Origin: an uncultured Planctomycetia bacterium
Lineage (GTDB): Bacteria > Planctomycetota > UBA8108
DNA: 64,000 nucleotides
Direction of reading: 5' to 3'
Assembly (NCBI GenBank): GCA_964390645.1
Contig: CAYMLL010000001.1
Location: 35,045-99,044, forward strand
Shown here: one piece after another, positions 39,833 to 49,779 of the stretch
Numbering within the stretch: the stretch's first letter is position 1
Layout of the letters: each line of letters opens with the position of its first letter
Translations under genes and position numbers: made by a program
Notes under the pieces: model-generated
Told to the model about the DNA's origin: nothing
Database searches by the model: none
The model's input: the letters and a program-made list of their open reading frames with translations, nothing else

Positions 39833-42800
39833 TCACGACCTACAGACGTTCGCGCAGCCGTCGACGCGCACGCAGTCGCCGCTCGGCGGCGCCGGCCCTC
39901 CCTGAAAGAGGTAGTCGAGGAGGTAGATCACGTCGGTGATCGCGACCGAGCCGTCCGCATCGACGTCAAAGACGGCGCGGTTGCCCCCGTCCTCGAGATC
40001 CGCGCCGTCGCACGGCAGCTCGGGCGCGTCCGGCAGGAAGAGGCGACGCACCAGAGAGAACGCGTCGGACACGTCGAGGCGACCATCCTGGTTGCTGTCA
40101 CCGCTGCGCTGTCGACCGCCGAGGCCCGGGAAGCCCTCGTCCGACGCACCGGGCGAGCCGCCGAGGATCGAGCTCGGGCCCCAGTTGTCCGGGGTCGTCC
40201 AGGTCACACGCTCCGCGAGAAGATCGACGATGACCAGGGAGTCGCCGCCGCCGTCCGTGGTCGGATACCACTCGTCATCGTAGAGAAAGTCGTGGATCGG
40301 CTCCTCGAGGGATCCCCGCACGACGATGCGCTCCCCGAGGTTCTCGAGACGGCCGTCGAACTCGCCGGCGACAAAAATCCGTCCCACGTCGTAACGCTCG
40401 GCGAAGGCCTCGATGTTGTTGACGATGACCACGTACTCCCCCGGATCGAGAGTCGGATCGCCAGCGCTCGGAAACGTGAAGGAGATGCCGCCGCTGACCT
40501 CGATCCCCGCGAGCGGCACCGGCTCGGCGCCGACGTTCGTGAACTCGACGAACTCGAAGTCCTCGTCGTCGTAGGGGCCGCCGGGGGCGTCCGGCTCGGG
40601 GTGGTACATGACCTCCGAGACGACGATCGTCGGCAGCTCGTTCCAGTACGTCGCCCGGACCATCGGCGTCCAGTCGTTCGTGGAGTAGCGCCTCCGCACC
40701 TTGACCTGAGTGGTCTCCGTGACCGTGAAGGGGCCCGTGTACTGCACCGCGGAGGCCGAGGTAGCGCCGCCCGGAAGCCGCGGATCGCTGCCGTCCGTGG
40801 TGTAGAGCTTCGTACCGGAGCCCGTGATCGCCACCTCCATGCCCGGAAAGATCTGGCGGCTTCCCGGCGTGATCGTCGGTGGCTGCCGGAACTGACCGTC
40901 GAGCCAGTCCGCACGGGTACGCAGCCAGATCTTCAAGCGCGAGATCTCGCTGTTCCAGCCGTTGACCGATATCTGGTTCCACCTCGACGAGTCACGCCGC
41001 TGGGCATCCCGGATCTCTGCGGCCATCTGATCGATGACGCGGAGGATGTTGGTGTTGCTCAGCGGCGGCAGGCTGCTGTCGCCGTAGTAACCGTTCCCGG
41101 TATTGCTCGCGGAGTCGGTGCGAAACATGTGCCAGCGATCACGGTAAATCTGCAGGAAGTCCTGATCGTCGAAGAGCCGCTCCCACCACGGATAGTCGAA
41201 GAAGCGAGTCGCGTCACCGGTCCCGTTCATCGTCGTCGGGTTGTCATCGCGTCCGTCGCTCGAGTTCATCGATCGGTCGAAGTCCCAGATCGGTCCGAAC
41301 TCGATCTCGCCGAGACGGTTCTTGTAGAAGTAGGTGCTCAGACGAAGGGCGTCGACGTTCTTCGGCAGCACGTTGAGCATGTGATGATCCGCCCACGACT
41401 CCTCGTCGACGTACGGCCCGTAGCCGAGCGTATCGTGACGGAAGTTCGCGGCGTTCAGGGCGCTCGAGAAGGAGTTGAAGTAGTTACGGATCCAGGTCGC
41501 CTGGTACGAAGGGATGTCGTCCTCCTTCGGCTCGACATGGCGCAGGCTCCGCCCGGCGGCGCTGAAGCCGCTGTCGCCCGGATCGGCGCGGTCGATCTTC
41601 AGCATGTAGCCGCCGGAGATCTCCGGCTCGCTGTCGTGGCCCGGAAGCAGCTCCTCGATGTCGACGCGTGCCGGATCACGCTTGATCTTCTCCATCAGGC
41701 TGTAGATGCCGCGGTAGTCGCCGCTGTCGAGCGAGCCGCCACCGGAGTTGAAGTAAACTTCGACGAACCTCGACCTCGCCGCCCAGCGGCCGAGCTGTCT
41801 GCTGAGGTCGTAAATCAGCGGGTTACGAAGATGAGCGCGGTCGAAATTGTAGGCTGCGTAGAGAATCCAGTCCGACTCCCTCGGCAGGCCGAATGGACGC
41901 AGCGCCTCGTCCTCGTTGTTCTCGTCCCAGAACTCGAAGGTGTAGCTGACCTTGTCGCGTCCACCGGTGCTCGAGCCTCGGGTCTTGATGCCGAAACGAT
42001 GGGCGAGCGTCGGATCCTCCGAGAAGCTCGTTCGACCGTCGATCGGCTCGTAGATCGCCATGAAGGCACCCGAGAAGGTCCCGGACGACGGGCGACCCCG
42101 GCCGTAATTGTCGATGACCACGACAGGGATGGACGAACGAACGTTGCGCACGCTCGACGCGAGAAAGATGTAGTTGGCGCTGACGACCTGGCTGACATCG
42201 CCGTCGTCCTCGAAGACGCGGGCACGCAGCCACATCGACGTGGAGACGTCGATGGAGCCCGTGTAGCGGGTCGACCCCTGGGTCGGAAGATCACCGTTCG
42301 TCGTGTAGCGAATCGTCGCACCCGGCGAGTCCGTGGTGATGATCACCGACGTGGCGGAGCTGAGCACGCGGCTGGTGGGCGAGATCTGCGGCGGCAGCGC
42401 GATGCCGCTGACGCCCGGCAAGTTCCCGGCACCGGGCGACGGGTCCGGAAAGAACAGAACCGTGTCTCGATCGAGCTCGCCACTCGAAAAGCCCTCGAGC
42501 TCCGGCATGACGACAAAATCCGAGCTCCCCGGGTTGTCGTTGAGCCCGTGGATCGCCAGGACGTTCGTCGCTCCGGCGGCGACGGTGCCGCCGGGGACGG
42601 TGCCGGAGAACTCCTCGAAGTTCACCGCGTCACCGTCGTCGTGAAGGCCCGTCGCCTCCGAGTTCCATCTCAGGCTGGCAACGCTCGGCGCGTTCGCTGA
42701 CGCGATCGGCTCGCCGTTCACGAAGGCCGAGAACCCGTCGTCGTACTTCATCCGCAGCACGAAACCGGTGATGTTCGAGCCGGCCGGCGCACTGAACGGA

Positions 42801-43489
42801 ACGCGGACGTAGCACGTCGTGTTCCGGTTGTTCATGTCGTTCTCGACGTCGAGATTGATCAGCGAACGATACGTCGCGTTCTCGTCGTAGCCGACGCCGG
42901 TCTCCCCGGAGGTCCAGGACGCGTCGTTGAAGTCGATCTGGCGCCACCCGGTGCCCTCGTTGCCGTTCTGCGGCACGCGCGCGCGCGCCGGTGCCTCGGA
43001 GTCGATCAGCTGCACGACCTCCGAGTTCTGCGCGAGGCCGTAAGAGAAGCCGGGCACCTGCTGGGGGAAGGGCGCGAACTCGTGCTTCACGGTGGCCCCA
43101 TCCGGCTCGACCAGCGCCAGGTACTCCCCGAGGCTCGAGAGCTTGAAATTCGCGTGCAGGGGCCTTCCCGGCACGCGCCGGTCCTTGTCGGAGCAGAAGA
43201 CCACGAGAAAGCTCCCCGGCGACAGCGTGACCGCAGGAAAGCGCCACTTCCGCAGGTCGAGCACGTCGTCGCTCAGGTACCAGCCACCGAGTTCGCAGGG
43301 AGTCACACCACCGTTGAAGATCTCGACGAAATCCGGCGTGTCGCCGTCTTCGTCGCGGATGGCTCCATCGTTGACCGCCATCAGCTCGGTGATCAACAGG
43401 TCGTCCGCCGGGGCAGCAGCCGTGATGAGGCCGACCCACAGCGCCAGCCCGCCCGGAATCCACCCGCGATGTCCGTTCTTCGCCGTCAT
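39833..43489 (-). CDS. Giant secreted LTD / CotH kinase-like / LTD protein with C-terminal dockerin-like pair (1,219 aa)
   Basis: ORF 39833..43552, with the start at MTAKNGHRGWIPGGLALWVGLITAAAPA (43489). The N-terminal LTD is LLITELMAVNDG...DFVEIFNGGVTPCELGGWYLSD. The CotH core is YTFEFWDENNE...YNFDRAHLRNPLIYDLSRQLG...GIYSLMEKIKRD...GYMLKIDR...GPIWDFDRS. A second LTD reads VVSEVMYHPEP...FEFVEFTNVGAEPVPLAGIEVSGG. The dockerin pair reads GDSNQDGRLDVSDAFSLVRRLF and DVDADGSVAITDVIYLLDYLFQGG. Confidence 0.8.
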   Translation of the reverse strand: MTAKNGHRGWIPGGLALWVGLITAAAPADDLLITELMAVNDGAIRDEDGDTPDFVEIFNGGVTPCELGGWYLSDDVLDLRKWRFPAVTLSPGSFLVVFCSDKDRRVPGRPLHANFKLSSLGEYLALVEPDGATVKHEFAPFPQQVPGFSYGLAQNSEVVQLIDSEAPARARVPQNGNEGTGWRQIDFNDASWTSGETGVGYDENATYRSLINLDVENDMNNRNTTCYVRVPFSAPAGSNITGFVLRMKYDDGFSAFVNGEPIASANAPSVASLRWNSEATGLHDDGDAVNFEEFSGTVPGGTVAAGATNVLAIHGLNDNPGSSDFVVMPELEGFSSGELDRDTVLFFPDPSPGAGNLPGVSGIALPPQISPTSRVLSSATSVIITTDSPGATIRYTTNGDLPTQGSTRYTGSIDVSTSMWLRARVFEDDGDVSQVVSANYIFLASSVRNVRSSIPVVVIDNYGRGRPSSGTFSGAFMAIYEPIDGRTSFSEDPTLAHRFGIKTRGSSTGGRDKVSYTFEFWDENNEDEALRPFGLPRESDWILYAAYNFDRAHLRNPLIYDLSRQLGRWAARSRFVEVYFNSGGGSLDSGDYRGIYSLMEKIKRDPARVDIEELLPGHDSEPEISGGYMLKIDRADPGDSGFSAAGRSLRHVEPKEDDIPSYQATWIRNYFNSFSSALNAANFRHDTLGYGPYVDEESWADHHMLNVLPKNVDALRLSTYFYKNRLGEIEFGPIWDFDRSMNSSDGRDDNPTTMNGTGDATRFFDYPWWERLFDDQDFLQIYRDRWHMFRTDSASNTGNGYYGDSSLPPLSNTNILRVIDQMAAEIRDAQRRDSSRWNQISVNGWNSEISRLKIWLRTRADWLDGQFRQPPTITPGSRQIFPGMEVAITGSGTKLYTTDGSDPRLPGGATSASAVQYTGPFTVTETTQVKVRRRYSTNDWTPMVRATYWNELPTIVVSEVMYHPEPDAPGGPYDDEDFEFVEFTNVGAEPVPLAGIEVSGGISFTFPSAGDPTLDPGEYVVIVNNIEAFAERYDVGRIFVAGEFDGRLENLGERIVVRGSLEEPIHDFLYDDEWYPTTDGGGDSLVIVDLLAERVTWTTPDNWGPSSILGGSPGASDEGFPGLGGRQRSGDSNQDGRLDVSDAFSLVRRLFLPDAPELPCDGADLEDGGNRAVFDVDADGSVAITDVIYLLDYLFQGGPAPPSGDCVRVDGCANVCRS

Positions 43490-43695
43490 CGTACCTGTGT
43501 TGCCGCTGACGATTGCGCACTCGACTCCGAAAACCCTGCCCGAACGAGGCACTGACCCTGAAAGAGCTCCCGGATTACTGTTGACGATGCATCAACAATA
43601 ACCCCGGCTGGAGCGGCGCTGCAGAGTTTTGTCAGAAGGGGCTCGGGAAAATAGTTTCCCGACGCGCGGCACGAGACCGTACCATCCTCGCCGCC

Positions 43696-44560
43696 ATGAG
43701 CCGAGAGCCCCGTATCCTTGTCGTCGGCAGCGTCAACATGGACGTCGTCATCCGCACCGGACGCTCGCCGCGCGGCGGCGAGACCGTCGTCGGTGACGAC
43801 CTGCGGCTCGTCCCAGGCGGCAAGGGCGCCAACCAGGCGGTCGCCGTGACACGCCTCGGCGGCCGCGCCGGGTTCGTCGGACGTGTGGGCGACGACCCCT
43901 GGGGCACGGAGCTCGCATCCGGACTCCACGAGAACGGCGTCGACACCGCCGGGCTCGGCGTCGACGCGGATCGCCCGACCGGCACGGCGACGATCGTCGT
44001 CGAGGCCGACGGCGAGAACCGGATCATCCTCGTCGGCGGCGCCAACGACGCGGTCTCCCCGGAGCACGTCGATGCGGCGCTCGACGACGCCGGCAAGCCC
44101 GCCGGGATGAAGGACATCGACGCGTTGCTCCTGCAGCTCGAGATCCCGCTCGAGACGGTCTGCCACGCGATCCGTCGCGGCAAGGAGCGCGGCATCGCGG
44201 TGGTTCTCGATGCGGGCCCGCCACAGGCCGTCCCCCTCGAGCGCCTCAGGGACCTGACCGTCCTGACGCCCAACGAATCGGAGACCGAGGCCCTGACCGG
44301 CATCTCCGCTGCCGACGACGACGGGGCCGACCGGGCCGCCCGCCGGCTCGCCGAAGCCACCGGCGCCGAACACGTGGTCCTCAAGCTCGGCGCTCGCGGT
44401 GCGATGATCCGCGACGGCGAGAAGCACCGCGTCGTGCCTGCCTCGGGTGTCGACGCCGTCGACACCACCGCCGCCCCCGACACCATAACCGCCGCCCGGA
44501 CCGACGAGCAAGCCACCGGCCGACCCTGGTGGGTCTGGGGCGCGGGGGGGGGGGGGTGGG
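43696..44560 (+). CDS. rbsK: Ribokinase (PfkB family), 3' end disrupted by a poly-G tract
   Basis: Matching stretches are ILVVGSVNMDVV, GGKGANQAVA, NESE and VVLKLGARGA. VDAVDTTAAPD corresponds to the conserved DTTAAGD. After this the reading frame runs into GGGGGGGGGGGG at 44535-44590 and becomes nonsense. Confidence 0.7.
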
Positions 44561-44656
44561 CCCCCCGGGGGCGGGCGCGCGGCCCCCCACGAAGCTCGGG
44601 GCCCAGCCGTCGTTACCGACACGCGCCGAGGTCGAGTCCTTTCTCGACGCACGCAC

Positions 44657-45427
44657 ATGACCGGCGACGTCCTTTTTACCCATATCGAGCGCCTGCAGGC
44701 CGGCACGCCGTGGGGCACGGTCCTGGACGCCGGCACCGGACACGACTCGCTGCGCTGGATCTCGACCCTCGAGACGGAGCGCTGGACCGCCATCACCGCA
44801 AACGATCCACGGGCGCGGCGCCTTTCGAAGGAGTTCTGCAAGTCGTCGCGCCCGGACGACCGGGTAATCGCCGGCAACTGGACCGATCCGAGCCTCCTGC
44901 ACGGCGAGGTCTTCGACGTCGTGCTCGCCGACTACCTGGTCGGGGCGATCGATCGCTTCGCGCCGTACTTCCAGTACGGGTTCTTTCGACGACTGCGTCC
45001 CCATGTCCGCGACCGTCTCTACGTGGTCGGGCTCGAGCCGCACGACGAGAGCGACACGCCCCCCTCCGGACAGGTCGTCCTGGAGATCGCCCGGCTCCGC
45101 GACGCTTGCATCCTCCACGCCGGCCACCGCTGCCACCGCGAATATCCCCTCGAGTGGACGATCACGCAGCTCGAGGACTGCGGCTTCACGGTCGAGGACG
45201 CCAGGAGCTTCCCGATCATCTACGGGCCGAAGTTCATCAACGGGCAACTCGACGTCTGCGTCGAGAAGCTCGACCACGTCCACGACCCGGTGCTCGTCAA
45301 GGGGCTACGGCATCGCATCGACGACCTGAGGCGCCGGGCTCTCGCGGTGCACGAGAGCCTCGGGGGGCTTCGGTTCGGGACGGATTACGTGGTGTACGCA
45401 CGACCAGCGCTCGAGGATCCGGACTAG
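44657..45427 (+). CDS. Hypothetical protein (possible SAM-dependent methyltransferase-like fold)
   Basis: It has a VLDAGTGHDSLRW glycine-rich motif and an acidic-hydrophobic DVVLADYLV. The assignment is weak. The ORF is clean and the codon usage is consistent. Confidence 0.45.
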   Translation: MTGDVLFTHIERLQAGTPWGTVLDAGTGHDSLRWISTLETERWTAITANDPRARRLSKEFCKSSRPDDRVIAGNWTDPSLLHGEVFDVVLADYLVGAIDRFAPYFQYGFFRRLRPHVRDRLYVVGLEPHDESDTPPSGQVVLEIARLRDACILHAGHRCHREYPLEWTITQLEDCGFTVEDARSFPIIYGPKFINGQLDVCVEKLDHVHDPVLVKGLRHRIDDLRRRALAVHESLGGLRFGTDYVVYARPALEDPD

Positions 45428-47676
45428 GGCTCCCATCGCGGCTCCACCTTCAGCAGGTGCCGCACGAAGAAGTCCCGCCGCCGCCTCTTCCCGTAGCGGC
45501 TCTCCCCGATGCCGTGGCCGGCCCCGGGGAAGACCACGAGGTCGAAATCCTTGTCGGCCTTGATCAACGCGTCGACGACCTGCATCGTCGACGCCGGATC
45601 GACGTTGCGATCGAGCTCTCCGACGGTGAGAAGGAGCTTGCCCTCGAGCTTGCGGGCGTTGGTGACGTTCGACTGCTCCGCGTAATGATCTCCGATCGGC
45701 CAGCCCATCCACAGCTCGTTCCACCAGACCTTGTCCATGCGATTGTCGTGACAGCCACAGTCCGCCACGCCGACGTGGTAGAACTCAGGGTGCGCGAGCA
45801 GCGCCCGCAGCGCGCTCTGGCCTCCCGCGGAGCCACCGTAGATGCCGACGCGTGAGACGTCCATGTACGGATACCGCTTCGCCGCCGCGCGAATCCACAG
45901 CTTGCGATCCGGGAAGCCCGAGTCGCCGAGGTTCTTCCAGCACACATCGTGGAAGGCCTTCGAGCGGTTCGACGTCCCCATGCCGTCAATCTGCACGACG
46001 ATGAAGCCGAGCTCCGCGATCGACTGAGCGCTGAAATGACGGCCGAAGCTCTTCGGCACGAACGAGCCGTGCGGGCCGGCGTATATCTTCTCGATGATCG
46101 GGTACTTGCGCGACGGGTCGAAGCTCGTCGGCCGCAGGATCACCCCGTAGATGTCCGTGCGTCCGTCTCGCCCTTTCGCGACGAAACGCTCGGGAGTCTT
46201 CCATCCGGTCTCGAGGAGCGCGCTCATGTCCGCCTTCTCGAGCCCGCAGACAAGCTTGCCGTCCATCGTTCGTCGGATCTCGGTGACAGGAGGCATGTCG
46301 ACACGTGAGAAGCGATCGACGAAATACTCTCCCGCCGGCGACAGCTCGATCGAGTGCGTGCCGTCCCCTTCCGTCAGCACGACAAGGCTGCCGCCGTCGA
46401 ATCCGACACGACAGAAGTGGACGTAGTACGGATCCTGATCCGGATAGATGCCGCTCGCCTGGAACCAAATCTCGCGCTTCTCGTCATCGACGCGCAGCAC
46501 CCGACGCACGACCCATTCGCCGTTCGTGATCGGATTCTTCAAGGCGCCCGTCTTCGCGTCGAAGAGATAAAGATGGTTCCAGCCATCGCGCTCCGACATC
46601 CAGATGATCTCGCCCGTGTCGTCGATGAAGCGGGAGTACTGCTTGTGCGAGTAGTCGACGAAGGTCTCGCTTTCCTCGTTGACGAGCGCGCTGGCCTCAC
46701 CGGACGTCGCATCGACCGCGACGATTCGCAACACCTGGTGGCCACGCTGGTTGTACACGAAGGTGAAGCGGCTGCCGTCTCTATCCCAACGCAGCCCGCG
46801 GATGCTCCACGGGTTCGAGAAGAGGTCGTCACCGACCGAGACCTCCTTCTTCGTCTCGACGTCGAATAGCCGGGGGCTCGTGACATCAAGCTCGTCGCCA
46901 GGCTTGTGATAGTTGTGCGAGTGCAGCTTCGGCTGAGTCCGGTCCTTGGGCGCCGACTCGATCAGGTACACCGTGTGATCGGACGCCTTCTTGGTTCGCA
47001 AGGCGACGATCTTCTTCGAGTCCGGCGACCAGTAGACGTTCGCGTCGTAGTGGTGCCCTTCTCCCACCTCCGCGAGAAGGTGCTCCTCCTTCGACTCGAG
47101 ATCTCGCAGCCAGAGGCTCCTGTCCTTCGTGAAGGTCTGCCACCTCTTGTCGGGCGACCGATCCCCCCGCGACGATCGTCCGCGGCCGCCGCGACGACCG
47201 CGCCCGTCCATACGACGCCCCTTCTGGCCGGCCTTCGGCTTCTCGTGCTCCGTGATCTCGTAGCTGTCGAGATCGCACTTCCAACCCTTGCCGTACGCTT
47301 CGATGAGAATCACCGAGCCGTCCTGGACCGGATCGAGACGCTCGATCGGCAGTCGCCGCGCATCGATCGACTTTCCCGCAGCGTTCGTCAACCCCGCGGC
47401 CAGCCGAGCGTGATCGAACGCCAGACGCTTTTCGGCTCTCGCGGCATCGACGAGGACGATCTCCCATCCGTCCACGGTCTGCCGTCGATACCAGCCACGG
47501 GCTCCATCGCCCAGCCAGCGGAACTCGACACGTTCGTTGAGCACCTTGTCACGCGTGATCTCACCGAGACGTTCCGCGCGCTCGTAGTCAGCACGTGTGC
47601 CCTGGGCAAGAAGCCCGGAAACGGACATGATCACCCAGAAGCAGACGAGACCGAGCGAAAGCGAAGCTTGTAGCAT
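45424..47676 (-). CDS. S9-family serine peptidase (dipeptidyl-peptidase IV-like; beta-propeller + alpha/beta hydrolase)
   Basis: It has a signal peptide with a GGAGGG RBS 11 nt upstream of the ATG at 47676. The N-terminal half is a DPP-IV-like propeller. The catalytic domain carries GIYGGSAGGQSAL (Ser), a later Asp in GELDRNVD, and His in GAGHGI. Confidence 0.85.
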   Translation of the reverse strand: MLQASLSLGLVCFWVIMSVSGLLAQGTRADYERAERLGEITRDKVLNERVEFRWLGDGARGWYRRQTVDGWEIVLVDAARAEKRLAFDHARLAAGLTNAAGKSIDARRLPIERLDPVQDGSVILIEAYGKGWKCDLDSYEITEHEKPKAGQKGRRMDGRGRRGGRGRSSRGDRSPDKRWQTFTKDRSLWLRDLESKEEHLLAEVGEGHHYDANVYWSPDSKKIVALRTKKASDHTVYLIESAPKDRTQPKLHSHNYHKPGDELDVTSPRLFDVETKKEVSVGDDLFSNPWSIRGLRWDRDGSRFTFVYNQRGHQVLRIVAVDATSGEASALVNEESETFVDYSHKQYSRFIDDTGEIIWMSERDGWNHLYLFDAKTGALKNPITNGEWVVRRVLRVDDEKREIWFQASGIYPDQDPYYVHFCRVGFDGGSLVVLTEGDGTHSIELSPAGEYFVDRFSRVDMPPVTEIRRTMDGKLVCGLEKADMSALLETGWKTPERFVAKGRDGRTDIYGVILRPTSFDPSRKYPIIEKIYAGPHGSFVPKSFGRHFSAQSIAELGFIVVQIDGMGTSNRSKAFHDVCWKNLGDSGFPDRKLWIRAAAKRYPYMDVSRVGIYGGSAGGQSALRALLAHPEFYHVGVADCGCHDNRMDKVWWNELWMGWPIGDHYAEQSNVTNARKLEGKLLLTVGELDRNVDPASTMQVVDALIKADKDFDLVVFPGAGHGIGESRYGKRRRRDFFVRHLLKVEPRWEP

Positions 47677-47965
47677 CGGCGGATATTCCCTCCGGAGCAT
47701 CGATCATCAGGGGCGCAAGCGGCCATTATCGAGTCGAAGGTCGATGCTCTCAACGATTCTCCGCCGGACCGGACGCCGAAGTCTACCCCGTCTGCGGGAG
47801 CCAGAATGTCTCGGATCCCGGGGAGCAGCTCCTCGTCGACCGACTCGTGATTCGGGTCACAGGGATCGCGTGACCCGACGTCTCCGAACACTCCGCCACG
47901 ACCGGGAGCCGGGAGCAACAGCCGTGGAGGCGCCGGAACGGACACACCAGGTCGACTGGAAGGTG

Positions 47966-48673
47966 TCAGAGTCGGAGCTTGTAACCGACCCCGAAGACCG
48001 TGGCGATGAGCCGCCCACCCGCGCCCAGCTTCCTGCGAACAGCGTCGACGTGGGTGTCGATGTTGCGCTCCTTGACACGCCCCACGAGCCCGATGCGCTG
48101 GAGAAGATCGGCGCGATCAAGCACCGCACCGCGAGCTTTCGCGAGCGCCACGAGGACCTGGAACTCTCGTACGGTCAGGGCCAGGTCGACTCCTCGATAG
48201 GTGACCTGGTAGCGATCGGTGTCGATTACGAGGCCCTTGTACTCGAACCGGAAACCCGTGGGGAAACGGGGGCTCGTACCGGCCTGCGAGATCAGGAGCT
48301 CGAGGCGCTCGACGACACGCTCGAGCGCCACCGGCTTCTTGAAGCACTGGTCGACCCCTGCGGCGCGACAGTCCGCAAGTGTGCATCCACTTTTTCCCGG
48401 GCTCAGCACGACGATCGGGACGTCGCGAGTCGACGTGTCGTCCCGAAGCTGTCGCGAGATGGTCAGCGCGCTCGACACCCTGGTCTCGGGATGCCCGGAT
48501 CCCACCAGGTCCTGAACAAGGACAACGTCCGGAGACTCCGACCGAACGCAGCTGACAAGATCGCCGTCCTGGAAGCCATCGACGACATCGAAGCCCGCCT
48601 GATCCAGGTGCCGTTCCAGAGCCCTCACATGCGAGTCTCCGGGATCGACCAGAAGCACCTTGCCAACCGGCAT
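47966..48673 (-). CDS. PhoB/OmpR-like response regulator with atypical receiver
   Basis: The C-terminal winged helix reads LTVREFQVLVALAKARGAVLDRADLLQRIGL...IDTHVDAVRRKLG. The receiver is divergent: VLLVDPGDS...DVVLVQDL. It lies downstream of the PhoU-PiT genes on the same strand. Confidence 0.7.
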   Translation of the reverse strand: MPVGKVLLVDPGDSHVRALERHLDQAGFDVVDGFQDGDLVSCVRSESPDVVLVQDLVGSGHPETRVSSALTISRQLRDDTSTRDVPIVVLSPGKSGCTLADCRAAGVDQCFKKPVALERVVERLELLISQAGTSPRFPTGFRFEYKGLVIDTDRYQVTYRGVDLALTVREFQVLVALAKARGAVLDRADLLQRIGLVGRVKERNIDTHVDAVRRKLGAGGRLIATVFGVGYKLRL

Positions 48674-48899
48674 CTATCACCAGATCTTGAACGAAACTCG
48701 GTTCTCGACGGATACGGGTTTCTCGCCGAAGCCCCCTGTTAGCCAGTCCCTCGAGCAACCCGACCAGACGCTGTATCGCCCTTTTCGCCGGAGCCCTTCT
48801 TCCTCGGAGCCCGACAACGAGGCGGAAGGCTGTTGCCCCGCCGTCGCGACTCCAGCGGGGTGACTGGGCCACCAGTCGAGACAGGCTGGCAACGCACGA

Positions 48900-49714
48900 C
48901 TAGTCCTCGACCTCGATCGCCTCGGAGTGGCGAATGTCCTCTCCCTTCACCAGGTAGACGACCTCCTCCCCCATGTTCGTCGCGTGATCCACGATACGCT
49001 CGATCGCTCGTGCTGTAAGAACGAGCGCCACCGAACGTGTGATGTTCTTCGCGTCCGTGATCATGCAGGTCAGCGCCTCGCGGAAGATCTGGTCGTTCAG
49101 CGCGTCCACCTCGTCGTCCGAGCGTATCACCGCCAACCCATCCTCCGCCGAGCCGTCCTCGAAAGCTCGCAGGCTCGACGCCATCATCTTCGTGGCCGTG
49201 TTCGCCATTCGCCGCAGGTCGATCAACCGTTTCAGCTCCGGCTCCGACAGCAGCAGACGCGCGTACTGGCGCATGTTCCACGCCTGATCACCGATACGCT
49301 CCAGCTCGGTATTGATGCTCGTGGCGATGACCACGAAGCGAAGATCCGACGCCCCCGGAAGGGACGTCGCTGTCAGGCGCACCACGACGTCGTCGATCTC
49401 CGCCTGACGGCGATCGACCCGATCCTCCAGATCACGGCACGGGTGGTCCGCCCAGTCACGAGCCCGTGCAGGTGGGAGCAGAGTCGATGTGCGAAGGGGC
49501 TACCCCGGGACACGGACGCGGGAAGAAGACCGTTGCCAGGTTCCGGATCGGCGCTGCAGTCACGCCAGGAGCGCCCCCGGATCCCCCGGCACGGCCCACC
49601 GGCCTGGAGCTCGTTTTTCCGCTGTAACCTCGAGATTCTCTCGTGAAAGAGAATCAAGCCGCCCCGAGATGCGATGAAGGCACCATGAAAACGCGCCCGA
49701 CAACGAACATCCAT
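48900..49714 (-). CDS. phoU: PhoU phosphate-signalling regulator, apparently frameshifted near 49500-49560
   Basis: The frame from 49385 down to the stop at 48900 matches PhoU helices 3-6: ELERIGDQAWNM, RSDDEVDALNDQIFREALTCMITD, ERIVDHATNMGEEVVYLVKGEDIRH. The same frame upstream (to the stop at 49500) still reads PhoU-like DLEDRVDRRQAEIDD. The extreme N-terminus (FHERISRLQRKNELQAGG, like HFEEELNRLKEKLLEMGG) lies in a different frame (ORF 49373..49714). The frame switch sits at a CCCCCGGATCCCCCGG run. Confidence 0.6.
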
Positions 49715-49779
49715 GGAGCCGCGAGGACCCGCGACCTACCTGCGAAGCGATCCGGATCGAGCCTGCGTCAAGACGCCGA

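Noticed and set aside
40292-42700. 802-aa + strand ORF antisense to the 1,219-aa CotH giant
   Set aside because: It is antisense and low-complexity. Long antisense ORFs are expected by chance at 68% GC.
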